A stretch of 62,926 nucleotides of DNA, counting the filler, from Sanchytrium tribonematis (taxonomy: Eukaryota), in the NCBI GenBank assembly GCA_018985235.1. It is 19 parts of 19 records of this genome, joined end to end, with 100 filler letters (N's around TTAATTAATTAA, not from the genome) between each part and the next. Parts side by side here need not be neighbours in the genome. Positions count along the whole stretch, not along the records: positions 31,004 to 48,258 come from JADGIG010000124.1; 18 more parts are not named here. One strand, written 5' to 3'. Positions 34,031 through 47,144 of this stretch are shown in pieces (position 1 is the stretch's first letter; each line of letters starts with the position of its first letter). The notes below the pieces were generated by a model that was not told the origin of the DNA, searched no databases, and saw only the letters and a program-made list of their open reading frames with translations. Both the position numbers and the translations under genes were made by a program.

Positions 34031-37000
34031 ATGCAACATCCCCAAACTATTCAGTTGCAAGAAAGCCCATTGGTTGTAATAGACTCTATCAATTCCGGAA
34101 AGAAAGATTTCGATCTTAAAAGGTACATCGAAATGGTCAGAATCATTATATCCCAATCCCCTCAATTTTTTCCACAATTTGCCGCGGCTATTCAAAATCA
34201 TCCAAATTATGAGTTATATTCCTTTGTTTTGAGTGTACCAGATGAAAAGAAGGCAATTTTTAAAGAAACAATGGTAAAATGGACTGAAAGCAGTGATGTA
34301 CTTTTTTGCATAAAAGCAATACAATTTCTCGCATCCTTGAGCAAAAATGAAGATATTCCCGACCTTTTTCCCCTTTATAAACGTCTATTGCCTAAATATA
34401 CGTATTTGTTGATCTCTACGATTAGAACTACAATAACTAATGGCAAAATCTGTAATCATTATCTTGATGTTGTAACCCACATTGACCCAGATTATATCTA
34501 CATGTTAGTTGAGCCAATTAAGGAGAGGAGACCTGAGATCAATAATGAGGAATTTTATGCCATGTTCAAATACATGATAAAAAAAATCGCTCAGTATAAA
34601 GGACCTTTAAATTTCCTTTATCCAAATCTTAAGCAATTTTTGGTACTTTTCGAACGTGTTACTGACCAGAAAATTGCACAACAAGTAATGATTTTTTTAA
34701 CTACAAAACTACATGCATTCCTAAGCACTTTTTTGAAATATGAATTCGTTTTGACTCTGGATCAACTAAAAGAACTAGAAAAGAAAAAAATAGATCTTGG
34801 CTGTATTAAGGATCCTTTATTAGGCACTAATCTTTATGTTTGGGATGAAAAGCAAGATTTCAAGGATACATTAGTCCTTTTTAAACTTGTTATTTACGGT
34901 ATTAGAATGGCAATTGTAAAACTTTTGCCTCTATTAAATAGGCCCTCAGATATACCTGTTGAAACATATGAATGGATTACAACCGCAGTGGAACTGATTT
35001 TCAAATTAAGTAGTGGTATTTCATTCGATTCAAGATTTGGTGTTGATCTTGATCGACCTGAAAAGTGGTTCGAACAAATACAAGAAACATTTTTAGACCG
35101 TAGCCCACACATTTTACCTGAATGTTTAACCCAGGATTACAAAACATACTCTACTAGTTTTGAAATTGAAATTGTAGAATCAATTACGCGATGCTTAGAG
35201 GGAATCCCTGTTGGAATGCTATCTACTATTCTGCCACAACCAGAACTCATGATTCAAAGCTGCAAATTTCACTGCTTAAGGTTAGGATTAATTCAATCTA
35301 TGTTTAATTCTCAAATTTTATCACCCGCTGTTTCCACTCATTATTTTAAATATTTTCAAAAATGCCTTAATTATTTACATAAGCTTGACGATCTAGACAT
35401 GAAAATACATATTCGTGTTGCAAAATTGACATTTATTAACGTCACTCTTTACCCAGAAGGATTAAACTCTGTAATTCCAGAAATTCCGAATTTTATTATG
35501 AATTCATTAGATTACTATGTCAAAACGGGCTCTTATGTGTATTTGATGATATTTAAACATGTTTTCAGAAGCATTGGAAACCAGCCAAAAGAGAGTATTT
35601 ATCAATTACTTGAGCCATGCGTCCCAGACTTGTTAGAAGTCTTGATGAACAGTCTACATATCCCAAGATATTCTTTTCTATGCACAGAAATTCTTTTAAC
35701 TCTCCCCGCAAAACTAACTTTGATGTCAGAGTATCTGTCTAGCTTGGTTGCTGCCATATCTGTTGGACTTGATGCACCATTTCTTAAGATTCAATCGTTT
35801 TATGACGAAAAAGTTTGCAATTTGGCGCTTCAATCTGTCAAAAGTTTAAACACTTGTGTGGAAAATTTGTCTGAAGACTCTTTGAGAAGTATGATTGAAC
35901 CATATTTAGAAAGACTTGTCATACAGCTTAATCGAATAGTGAATTGCAGATTTACTGAAATTGTCGGGGACGAGCTTCCAATATTTGCCACAAAAGTTCT
36001 TTGCAAGCTTAAATCCAGATGCGAGAGTTTTTACAACTGTCAATTTGGCTCTTGTGTTTTGCTTCCTTCAAATTCTAAATTACTAGAACTACGTACTGAG
36101 AATTATCGAGTGCACGTAGACTACGTGCCTTGTTTTGAGGCGGCAATTACCATGTGCAAAGACTTTTTGATTTCTCACGATTATGCAATGATTGAAAAAG
36201 CAAGTCCTGATATCAATTTAGCGATCGATGTGGCATTCGAATTTCTAAAAGCTCCATTAAATGACAATTCAGTACTATTATGTTCCGTTTGGAAATTGGT
36301 TTTCTATTCAATTCATTTCGGATCCACACGAGCCTTACCTGAATATTCCATGACTGATTTTGCAAATAATTTTGCTGAGACCTTGCACATTTGCACCGAT
36401 AATACAGTTGAATATCTACAAAAATCGAATGGTTTAATTCCGCTGTCTTTGGTACTAGCTGAAAATCTTGGAAATTACGACTTCACAACAACTTATAATG
36501 CTTTGCATCTTTTAAGACACGCAATCACGTTTAAAGAGTTTATGGATGCAGTCGACAAGTGTCATTTTTCAAAGCAAATAATTTTTTCATTTGAAAAATT
36601 TGGCATTTCTAATCAGATAAATAAGGAATATGAGTTTCTGCTTAATTTTCTAAACGTTAAGACTAAAGAATTCATCAACTTTGCAGTGAAGCGGGCATTC
36701 TGTCGAAGATACATTTACATTGATTCTTATATTAACTTTCTAGGTGCTGTTCAAATTGATCCAAAAGACTGCGATTTTTTGCCAAAGTTGCTAGAAATAC
36801 CTATCAACGCATTGGAATCTTCTTTTCAAGTAGCCTTTATTAAAAATGTTTCATGGTATCTCACTCAATCATATCATATTAGTGTCGAGCGGTTGGAAAA
36901 AATTCTAGCCGATGCTATTCCCAATTTGAAACAAGAGCGAAATAATCGTGCAACACCACTAAAGCTGGCATTTTTGCATCTTCTTCTTCCTCTTTCAAGA

Positions 37001-40000
37001 ATTGAATCATTAAAAGCATTGCTAGTCACAAAGAATATGTTGAACGTGATCTTTTCAATGATATTTAGTCCAGACAAACGAGCCTCAAATCTTTGCTTCA
37101 AGATACTGCAAGGTTTGCGAACTTATATCATGTCGAACGAGTTACTTAAAAATGATATTTCCGAACACCTCAACTTATACTTGAAGAGCAACAAAAACAT
37201 GGCTGGTGCCGCTATCTCTCCAGCTCCTGGTCAGTTATCAGGACTGGCTCGCCTTGGAGAGCTTTTTCCTGTTAGTCCAAATGTCTCAAACGCCATTGAC
37301 TCTTACTTTGAAGCGCATTTCGCTAGTACAGCAATGGAGTCGGAAGGACTTAAAGCATTGATTCAGTCAAGCATTCGTCAAAAAAATGAATTAACAAACC
37401 CCTCAGCGACAATCGAGAAGCTATTCGAATTTTATTGCATAATTTCATCTAGAACTCAAAAAAAATACTTGGATGCGATCGAATCTATTTGCATGCTTTT
37501 TGGAGAATTCAAAGAAATAGTTGCAGATAAAATTATTAATTACATGGATGTCTCACATGAAAAGTTAGATCTCATGCTGTTTATTGTAAAGACTGGTAAA
37601 TTGAAGGCAATTATGGAGGTCGCCTGTTCGAAAATTTCTCAAATTGGGGCAATGGTGAGTGGTGGGTCAGTAGACTTTATAAGTCTGAAAATGTATAGTT
37701 GTACCAAATTTATCGCCTGCTTAGCCCAATTAGGACCAATTGAAAACACCCAGGTTATAATGTTTCATCTGAAATGCATGGGAGCTCAATTGACAGCTCT
37801 TAAGGGAACACTTCAATCTGCAACTACAAACTTTTTGGTTTTCTATTCTCAAGTTTATCATCTATATTTTTCGTTCCAAGAGGGAGTGATTAAAAAAATA
37901 TTTCCCCGATTCAGCGAGCACACTTCCACATTTTTTCTAGATCCAGCAGCTGATTATACGTACTACGTCGATCAAGTGCAAAGGATGTGCCGCAAAATGT
38001 ATTATCAAGAAAAAGAAATTAACCAAATGGCGTCTACTTTTTTGAAAGCATTGGCAACAGTCAAGGAAACTTTCAGACTTGAAGTATATTTTGATTTGAT
38101 ACTTGAACCAATATTAAGAGACAAAAATTTATTGTCAGAAGCTATATTGGAATGTTGCGCTGCAATTATTTGGAAGATAGACCCAAACAAGGCAGCCGAC
38201 GAATTGTTGGAATGTGCTATTAAATTCACAAAACTTATCGTTCAAAATCAAGACATTAAAAACATTGAACCCCGATATTTAGATCCACTAATAGCATTTG
38301 TATCAAAATCAGTAGCTGCCTCGGGTTTGAAACCATTAGTTTTAAAATCAGAAATTTTACATGTTGGCAGTATCTGCACTAATTTATTTGACATTCCAGT
38401 CGATTTTTTCGACACCATTTTTAAAGAATTGCTTCAATCTTTATATTCTTTCAAAAATATCGATCTTTCAATTGTGACATTCGGACATCTTGTGGAATAT
38501 ATTTCCAAAAGGCTTAAAGAAGAAACTCCAAAGTATGTAACCTATTTGGTTGATGCCTTGAATGACCAGTGCCAACACGAAACTATTGTGAGTATAATGA
38601 AGCTATGCGTCACATTTCCTGATCTGTTTTTGCCTCATTTGAAAATTTTAGAACCTGCATTTAGAAACCATATCGGAAAAATAAGCCAGATGTCTAATAT
38701 GGAGATCAAAACAATAATGTCAGAATTTTTGGTTTTCATGTTGGATAGAATCAATGAGAAAGAGTCTATGGAAGAATTCGCAAATGCAGCTTTAAGATTC
38801 GTATTCATGGTAATGTTGCAGCCTAGTCCAATTCGATTTCAATGGTCCGAATTAATTAAAAATTCAATAATTAAAAATTTAAAACGGGTCGGCTCACCAG
38901 TTATTAAGTATGAATCTTACATACTGTTTATCAAATCCGACTTTGTTAATTCTCAAACTACTGCTACTAGATCTGGCGGTATCATCAGTTTAAAAAATTA
39001 CCTCGAGGTGATAATGGTTGATGTTCAATTACGAAGCAAAAGCTGGACACAACAAACGTACTTTTCACTAATTTAGTCATGCAAATATTTGTATGCTAGT
39101 TGAAACTTGTCTTAGACAAAAGTTTGTAATTAACGATGAAATTCATGCACTGCTTGATAAAGTTTTGGAAAGCTCGAGACATTTTAGTGCAAATGATGAA
39201 GAAGCTGGTGACACTTTGATCAAAAATATTTGTCAGATCGCTTCTGAAATATCTGTAGATGATAGCAAAAAAAATCTGTTTGTGGTCATTTGTGATGTTT
39301 TATTAAAATATCGAAAAGAAGCTTTGGATGGGTTTTCTGAAAATTTGGTTTGTCATTTCGAGAGATCATTACTGTTCCCTTTTGATGACGCAATGTTTTT
39401 CTTGACAAAGCTTATTTTTAAGATGAGCTCCTTGCTTGTCAACTACAGAGAAAGAATTATTTATGGATTGACAACGTTGATACAGGCAAGAAAATCTGAG
39501 AGTGACACAATACGACTTTTTAGGCTTATCAAAGATAAGACATTCAGACTTGCAGATGCAATGCCAAACTTGCAAGAGAAAGGGATTTTAATCAAATCAT
39601 TTATGTCGCAATTAAACGGACAATTTGACGAGGAATATTTTAGATTTATTTTGGAGATGTATACAACTGAAAATTTTAAACAAACTGAACTGACCAGTAT
39701 TTTACAGCCATGTTTTCTCAGAGCTTTTTCGGCTCCTCTTTCCATTCGAATGAAATTTATTGATTTGTATGAAAAGAATATTAGAAGAAACTCTTTCGCT
39801 AGACTTTACTACCTCATAGGTCGACAATCATGGTCAGGTATTACTGAAGATGTATTTAGCGCGTTTTCAATCTACTTGATTTTCATCAATCAGGTTGCGG
39901 TATCATACGAAAGTGTAAAATTAGAAGATCCCAAAAAGATTCTACTGTTAATCCAAGCTGACGGTAAGCGCTTATTTGAAGACGTATTCCCTCAACTTTG

Positions 40001-42842
40001 GTCTCAATTTACTTCAGTTCAAAGGGTTGAATTATCCAAAGCATTTGTATCTATGTTTGGTACTCTTTCTGAGAATCGAACTCTGGAATACGCTGACATG
40101 TCCTCCGTATTATCGACGCTTGTTAAGCTGAAACCACATGTAAAACTTCCACCATTTTTATTGGCTAATTTAAAATCATTTGACACCTTATTTTATTTGC
40201 AAGAAATGTTCGAGAATGGAGATTTTATCACTGATAGGAAAACTAAATTTTTATTTGCGAATGCATTTGGACAATTGCTAAGGAAAAATAAGGATTACGA
40301 TCTTCTTCTTGGATTAGATCAACAGCAATCTTTAACTAGAGGGGCATTACAAGTCATTGAGCTGTTACAGAAAAGCGACTATGAAAATGCACAAATTAGA
40401 ATAGAGGAATGTCAATCAAACTTGAAGAAAAACATAAATTTGTCCCCACATGAACTCCACTTGTACAAAGATGAATGGTTATACTGTGCTAAAGAATTGC
40501 AGCAGTGGGAGGTCATTGAGGAAGTCAGTCAGCACGAGGGCTGGGATCATTTGCTTTTTGAATCACAATTTCACACTTTAGATTTTGCTTCGGATGAAAA
40601 AGCAAAATTAAAAATCCCTATTGACCTGGATTTTAAAGAAAAAGCATTTCTGTGTTGTCACTATTTAGTCGAAAGCTTCGAAAATGAGCTATATCTTTCA
40701 AAATTTAAATCCTTGATTGTAGAAGTTAAAGGTATGTTGTTAACAGCTTTCACTGTAGAAAATGCCAGGCTTTACGTAGAATTACTCGAGTTTCAAAATG
40801 TGCTCAGTACTTTATCCAAAATCACAAACGTAACTACAGCAGTTGAAATGGCTTCACAATTAAATGTGACGTGCTCTTACTTTCGACAAATATTGCCAAA
40901 TGACTACGAAGATGTCTCACATTGGACTGAATTAATAACAATAAGAAAATATATTTTTAATATTATTAATAGGAAATATAGTATTTATCTACCCAATATG
41001 CAGTCAATGGTTGGAAATAATGGTCAGAATGCTCTGGCGTTTAAAGGGTTTCATGAACTTGCGTGGACTTTCAATCGATTAGCAAAGGTATACAGAAAAA
41101 GAGACCTTCACGAGCATTGTATTAATACATTGAATTTGGTCTACAGCTTGCCAAACATCGAATTACAGGAAGCTTTTCTTAAGCTAAAGGAACAAGCAAA
41201 ATTGTATTTAAAAGATCCCGATTTAGCTGGAAATGGTCTGGAATTAATTAAAACTACCAATACACATTATTTTAGCACAGCAAATAAGGCAGAATTTCTC
41301 GTTTTTAAGGGCAGATATCTAGAGGTGTGTAATAGAGAACCAGAGGCAGCGGAAGCGTTTATGAGTGCGACAACTACAGATCCCGACTTTCCGAAAGGAT
41401 GGTCTTATTGGGCCCGCTTTCATTTGAAACAAGATTTGACCAGCGACATTCACCTTAAAAATGCCATAATATGCTTCGTGAACGCCTTAATTTGCAAGGA
41501 GGAGAAAATAAGATTCAAGGACGCCACTTTACTGCTTTGGTTGTTAACCACTAATATCGAGAATCCAATTTTGAAGGAATGCATGAGTAATGCCGATAAA
41601 ATGGGCATTCATCAGTTTATGCATCATATTCCGGAGCTACTTCATATTTACAAATCCAAGTATTTGAAGGATTTTGCGCATCAACTACTTATCAAACTAT
41701 TTAAAGCACGTCCTGCTGTTGTGTTTCCATATTTGATACTTAAGGAGAAAGACAGAGAGTTACAGGCGCTTCTTAGTCACATTTTGTCTGATCAGCCTAT
41801 AATCTTCCAGTCTTTAAGTTCTATTTATCAGCATTTTATCAACATAAACTCTGAATGTATGAAGCAAACTGGTCCATTTTTTAAGTCGGAACAAATAGAA
41901 TTAAATATGCCATCGTTACTCAGAAATTTCGAATACGGGTCATTTGCAGAAGTGACAGTTCCTTGTTTTTACACAAAACACAGCATTTATACACAAGCAC
42001 CAATTATTGTAAATTTTAAAAATTTGAGAAGTGTTCATAACAAACAAATTTTGACTCTAAACGCCAGTAACGGTCTTGATTACCAATACGAAATCGAAGA
42101 TACAAAGTGTGAATACCCTTATTTTAGAACTAGCCAAGGCTATTGGAAGGTTTGCGATTATTTCACAAAAAAATCATTAGACTTCCTGAAGAGAAAGTGT
42201 CCTCTTCCTACATTTGAAAGAGAATATTTAAAGCAGCATGTGGTGATGTCACTTGCGCCCGAAAATTTATATCTGTCGGAATTCGCTTCATCTTTTGAAG
42301 GTTACACAAAAGAATCCGAATTTCATACCTTGGTAGAGAAATATAAAACTTCGATTAAGTTTGGGTTATCGACCCAATTGAATTCAAGAAAGTATTGGGA
42401 ATTTCGAAAAAAATTTACATATTCCTACTCAATTTTAAACGCTAGTATCTTTGCTCTTAATTTGAACCCTCTTTCGCTTGAGGATTTCACCATGTCTTTG
42501 GTAGATGGCAAATGTTTTTCAAAGGAAAACTTATTTTCACTTCAAAGATCAACCGAGACTGAGTTAATATTTAGATTGACACCTGCTATTCAAGAATTTA
42601 TTTCTGTTGTAGGAATACAAGGCTATTTCAAGCAGATGATAATAATTTTTGCTAAAGCTATGGTTGGAAATCATGAATTTCTGCAACTTTTTCTACCTGT
42701 TTCTAATCCTGTCGAGGAATCTCGACTAATAGACAGCAAATTTATCACACTCAGCCGACACAAAATTGACGATATTCTCAGTATCAGTACTAATCCGCGA
42801 ACGTTGTACCAGCTTGAAAAAGAGTTCTATTCATTTTTTTAG
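34031..42842 (+). CDS. TRA1: Tra1/TRRAP pseudo-PIKK scaffold of SAGA/NuA4, 2930 aa, 2 exons
   Basis: VFRSIG, EILLTLPA, CAKELQQWE, FKGFHELAW..NR, YSLPNIELQEAFLKLKEQAK, FRLTP, FATC-like end. Confidence 0.9.
39058..39076 (+). other. 19-nt spliceosomal intron (GTACTTTTCACTAATTTAG)
   Basis: Joins the 1682-aa and 1249-aa ORFs in frame; contains a canonical CTAAT branch motif. Confidence 0.95.
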
Positions 42843-42864
42843 TAAAATCTCCCTGTTTCTCAAA

Positions 42865-43857
42865 ATGCCATTTTTTAATGAAATAAAATCTGAAAGACGT
42901 ATAAATCTTAAAAAATCGCTTGTTATAGACGACATCGGATCCTTCGAGGATCTGTTTTTTATATGCGCTGACAACACATTAAATTTTTTTGACAAATACG
43001 GCAAATTTATATTTAAAGTTAGTTGTAATAAGTATGGGTGTAAACTTGCTCGTCAATTTAAACAAAAGTTATTGTTGGCTAGTAAACCAGACAGGCATAT
43101 GATTAATGATTTAAAAGGTCGAAAAAAGAAAGACGAAGAAATATTTGCCTTGCGACTGCTGTCTCCCAGAAAAGTAGATAGAGGCATACAAGGTAGTTTC
43201 GAAATGTACTATTTCGGCCCAGAAAAAGAAATATTACATTTTGACTTTTTTTTAGATAGTGGATTAAAAATTATTGCTGCAACTGATGGTGACACCGTCT
43301 ATTTTTGGAAAGACTCGGATTCTAATTGTTATCATAAGATTGGTATAATCTCGAGCTTTGTTTCTTTCACAACTAAATATTTTTTCACTATATCTAGTGA
43401 GAACGAAAATTTCAACATTACTCAATATGATTTTGATGAGCGATGCATGATTTATAATCCTTCTTCTTCTAGGCTACCAATAAGTTCTTCACCACTTAAA
43501 GTCGTTCAATCAAAGGATAATTTGCTCGTAATGACGAAAGACGAGATTGTTTATATTAGTACCAGCAGAGATTTCTTGAAATTTAGTACAAAAATTATAA
43601 AGACGAAGTATAGCGATATTTTCTTTCCTTCTAATCAATACAAAACCCATACCAGCGTGTTAGATATCCTTAGCGACAAACGAATAATTTGTGCATGTGA
43701 CCAAGGCTCAGTTAAAATTTTGAATGAAACCCAATTCAGCAACATACCAGATAAGTACAAAGTGTTTACGTCTGATTGCAAATTCGTCACAGCGAACGCA
43801 AATAATCGTTCGGTATGTGTAGCAACTCCTTATTCAGCACTCATTTTGAATCTCTAA
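42865..43857 (+). CDS. divergent WD40 protein, Swd2/WDR82-like
   Basis: V.CNKYGCKLAR resembles Swd2 SKKYG; YFG..., DTVYFW. Confidence 0.5.
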   Translation: MPFFNEIKSERRINLKKSLVIDDIGSFEDLFFICADNTLNFFDKYGKFIFKVSCNKYGCKLARQFKQKLLLASKPDRHMINDLKGRKKKDEEIFALRLLSPRKVDRGIQGSFEMYYFGPEKEILHFDFFLDSGLKIIAATDGDTVYFWKDSDSNCYHKIGIISSFVSFTTKYFFTISSENENFNITQYDFDERCMIYNPSSSRLPISSSPLKVVQSKDNLLVMTKDEIVYISTSRDFLKFSTKIIKTKYSDIFFPSNQYKTHTSVLDILSDKRIICACDQGSVKILNETQFSNIPDKYKVFTSDCKFVTANANNRSVCVATPYSALILNL

Positions 43858-43883
43858 AATAAATTTATTGAAAGCCACGTCAA

Positions 43884-44498
43884 ATGGAAAACGCTATAAC
43901 TATAAATCCAAATCAGAATTTAAATACACGATTCTATCTAAAATTACCACAAATGATTACTAATTTACAATCCTTACAAATAAACGAAGGCGCATTTCGT
44001 GTCAGCATAAAAAAATCTAGACTAGCTGAATTATTAGAAAAACAAGAATTATCACCTAGAACAGAAGAATTATGTTGTGTAATAAAGGATTTATTGTCTT
44101 GCACAATTGATATTCAGATAGTCTACCACTTCAATGAAATATCATCGGAAAACAAATTGAAATTTTTAACCAGTGACATATCACACGAACAAGGCTACAA
44201 ACTTTTACAAGCCTGTGTTTTGCTAAAATCTCTTATACGTACTGGATTATTGGAAAATACCAGGCTCTCTGAAGATAGCCTACTAGATATTCTAATACCT
44301 CGCCTATTTGAAATACGGTATGAATTTATTCATAGCGACATTTATTACTGCAAAAAGATCTTTCAATTTCTTCTTGGTATCAAAATACCTACACCTACAG
44401 GTAGTCGGGGAGTAATTTCAGGTGGTACACAAGCCTTGAATAAAAAGAAGCACAACAATAGGCCAAGAAAATTAGAAAACAAAAACTTTTTAGCTTAA
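43884..44498 (+). CDS. CNOT11-like C-terminal domain protein
   Basis: ACVLLKSLIRTGLL...EIRYEF...IFQFLL resembles the CNOT11 C-terminus. Confidence 0.5.
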   Translation: MENAITINPNQNLNTRFYLKLPQMITNLQSLQINEGAFRVSIKKSRLAELLEKQELSPRTEELCCVIKDLLSCTIDIQIVYHFNEISSENKLKFLTSDISHEQGYKLLQACVLLKSLIRTGLLENTRLSEDSLLDILIPRLFEIRYEFIHSDIYYCKKIFQFLLGIKIPTPTGSRGVISGGTQALNKKKHNNRPRKLENKNFLA

Positions 44499-44507
44499 TA
44501 AATTAAT

Positions 44508-45437
44508 TTATTTCACAGATTCATTGATTTCTGACTCAAATGTGGATCGAATCGGGGATGTATATGGGGCTTGGAAGCAAATGGTGATACTTTGCTTTTC
44601 AATGTCATTTATAGATAAGTTGGCTATAGATGGGTCATATGTAGAAATTGATAATTGTTCCACTCTACTGGATTCAAGGTCCGAAAAAAGACTTGGATTG
44701 CTTCCAATTTTTTCAGAATGTTCCAAACTATATATTTGTGACTCATCATAAAAATATCGAGAGGACCGCCTAGAAGTTCCGTCAGGATTCTTTAAGAATA
44801 AAAACGATGGTAAAAGTTTCCTACTAATTCTTTGAGATACTCTCATTGCTCTCTCAATTATAGGTGATCGCAATTCTTCATAAAATTCTATTTCACTCTC
44901 CGTAACTGCACTAGAGGATAGTCTTGAGGAGAACTCTGTTAGTTCGGTGGGTTCTGCAGCAGTTTTCAAGGTCGTGATATCTAAATTTTCATAAATATTT
45001 ATATTTAGTGAAGGTTCTTTAGAATAAATTACAATATCAGAGGCCGCTGCCTCATTTTCTCCAGAACTGTCATCTTTTTGATTAGCTAAAGAATCAATTA
45101 TATCATAATAAGAATTTTCAAGTAGTTTTGGTGTTCTGGGGCTTTCTTTATTCCTGCCCTTAATTTGGGGTAATTTTATTTTTGCAAAAAATCTTTGGAT
45201 TTGATGCCTGCTTTTTATTAAACACCCAATTATAATTATTAAAAATAAAATTCCAACTATTACATATGTATAATCAATATTGACCACATCTGGATATTGG
45301 ACTTGGGGGCTTTGTGGCTTCGACTCCGAATCTTCCAAATTTGATTTAGTAGCATCCGGTGATGGGTCAGCGGTAGTGAATACTATCCGACTAGCGTTCA
45401 TAGAATTTGCAGTATTATTTATGAGTTGAGATACCAT
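44508..45437 (-). CDS. single-pass membrane protein with Ser-rich cytoplasmic tail, function unknown
   Basis: One TM segment (YVIVGILFLIIIIGCLI) followed by basic residues. Confidence 0.65.
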   Translation of the reverse strand: MVSQLINNTANSMNASRIVFTTADPSPDATKSNLEDSESKPQSPQVQYPDVVNIDYTYVIVGILFLIIIIGCLIKSRHQIQRFFAKIKLPQIKGRNKESPRTPKLLENSYYDIIDSLANQKDDSSGENEAAASDIVIYSKEPSLNINIYENLDITTLKTAAEPTELTEFSSRLSSSAVTESEIEFYEELRSPIIERAMRVSQRISRKLLPSFLFLKNPDGTSRRSSRYFYDESQIYSLEHSEKIGSNPSLFSDLESSRVEQLSISTYDPSIANLSINDIEKQSITICFQAPYTSPIRSTFESEINESVK

Positions 45438-45562
45438 TGAAAGTCTCAAACGAACGACGTTTATAATTTTATTGGTGTTCAATGCTGTTGAAAACGACGT
45501 GTTCCGAACAAAACAAGTGACAAGATCATCATTCTAGATTTAAATAACGACTTGAATCCAAA

Positions 45563-47086
45563 TTATTCGCATTTATTAAATACTATTATAGATTCTACAT
45601 GATTTGTTTGCGGAAATAAATCAACTGGCTGGATTGTTAAAATTGTATATTTAGGCCTATCAACCCTAAAATCTTTGTCGAAATTCGAAACATAATCGAA
45701 CCAAATGCCATTCATAATGTACCTGACGTCTCTGACTTGAGCGTATAAACCACATGCAATATAAATGATTGTCTTAGGACCAAAATCCATTAATTGATCT
45801 AAGTAAGCTTTTGTTGACCCTTTCCTTGGCGGGTCCATGATAACAGTAGTGTCTTCAGGTTTTGCTGTTATTTTGCTAAATATAGCTTCAGCAGATCCTT
45901 CGATAAAAGTACAATTCGTAATATTATTATCAACCGCATTTTGAATTGCATTTTCAATAAAATTTCGTGCCACTTCTATGCCATACACATGCTCAACTTT
46001 CTGAGCACAGCACAGCGCAAATAAACCAACACCGCAATAAGTATCAAGAAGTATTTTAGTATTGATCTGACTCTTAACAAAATTTACAAAATCTGGCAAA
46101 ATAACAGAATTGTTTTGGAAAAATGAATTAGAGGTGAGTGAAAACTGTATCTCATTGACATTAATCGTAATTTCGGATTTGGGATCGGATATAACGTATG
46201 ACATTTCGTCGTAACTATTGATATCCCATGAATCTTTCGTTCCTTCTCGCAATAATAAAGTGGCACCCATTTTGGGTTTCTCGATTTTGGCTTTAACCTC
46301 AAGTCTTAATCTAGAATATGTACTATTCATACTTTCACTTCCTAGGGAGCATTCTTCAACATCCAATACTTTTCTACTATCAAAGTAATTAAATCCAATC
46401 GGAAGGTCTGCCATTTCAAGATCTCTCGGCTTATCATAGTGTGGTGTCAATTTTGTACGATATCGATACTCTCTAGGAGATCGTATAGGGCTGTTGACAG
46501 GTGTATCAATGTCGAGCCTACTAAATGCATCTTTGACTTGACACCATTTCAGACGAAGCTGTTCATCGTACGGTATGTGTTGAAGCTGACAACCTGCACA
46601 TTTTCCAAAGTATTGGCAGGGCGGAGAAACTCGTAAAGGTGCCGGTTTCACGACTTCGGTTATTTTGGCTTTAAAATACATCTGGCAATCTCTGTAAATA
46701 TTAACTTTGACAATGTCTCCCAAGGCCACGAAAGGCACTAGAACTGCTTGCTCAAAATGTATTCCCACACCAGAATTACCCGAAGGCGAAATTTCTAAAA
46801 TTTTGATTTCTGTATCAATATTAACTGGTTCGCCAAAGGGATCTAATTGCTCATCTATTTCTAGACCATTTCTGTTGTAAAAATCAGACAAAAACATGAA
46901 TGTGAACGGAATTGACGGATCGTAATTCAATCTTTTGTTTCTTACTCTTTTTTGATTTTTCATTTTTGGAAAAGAAAATCCATCAACAAGCGGATCACTC
47001 TCATTTTCAGTAAAATCTGGATGGTTTAATGGCATTGGCCGAACAGGTTTAAGCATTTGTACACAATTTTTGACTATTTTTGACAT
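45563..47086 (-). CDS. TRM2: tRNA (uracil-5)-methyltransferase
   Basis: CQYFGKCAGCQLQ, YRTKLTPH, SFFQNN, DTYCGVGLF, DPPRKG, DLFPQTNHVE. Confidence 0.93.
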   Translation of the reverse strand: MSKIVKNCVQMLKPVRPMPLNHPDFTENESDPLVDGFSFPKMKNQKRVRNKRLNYDPSIPFTFMFLSDFYNRNGLEIDEQLDPFGEPVNIDTEIKILEISPSGNSGVGIHFEQAVLVPFVALGDIVKVNIYRDCQMYFKAKITEVVKPAPLRVSPPCQYFGKCAGCQLQHIPYDEQLRLKWCQVKDAFSRLDIDTPVNSPIRSPREYRYRTKLTPHYDKPRDLEMADLPIGFNYFDSRKVLDVEECSLGSESMNSTYSRLRLEVKAKIEKPKMGATLLLREGTKDSWDINSYDEMSYVISDPKSEITINVNEIQFSLTSNSFFQNNSVILPDFVNFVKSQINTKILLDTYCGVGLFALCCAQKVEHVYGIEVARNFIENAIQNAVDNNITNCTFIEGSAEAIFSKITAKPEDTTVIMDPPRKGSTKAYLDQLMDFGPKTIIYIACGLYAQVRDVRYIMNGIWFDYVSNFDKDFRVDRPKYTILTIQPVDLFPQTNHVESIIVFNKCE

Positions 47087-47144
47087 TGTACTTGTTTCCA
47101 CCCTTCTCCTTCGATAAACAGAAATTTGTCATTTTTAACATTTA

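Noticed and set aside
3310..39076. Programmed frameshifting, stop readthrough or pseudogenisation as the cause of the split ORFs
   Set aside because: Each break coincides with a GT-AG 19-mer sharing T12/A14, and its removal restores motifs without extra residues
44401..44421. 21-nt in-frame GT-AG segment in the CNOT11-like gene
   Set aside because: No stop or frameshift to repair, G-rich, and no A at -6
47101..47112. AGGAG upstream of starts read as Shine-Dalgarno (bacterial contamination)
   Set aside because: The genes are eukaryotic with spliceosomal introns, and the motif occurs in both orientations
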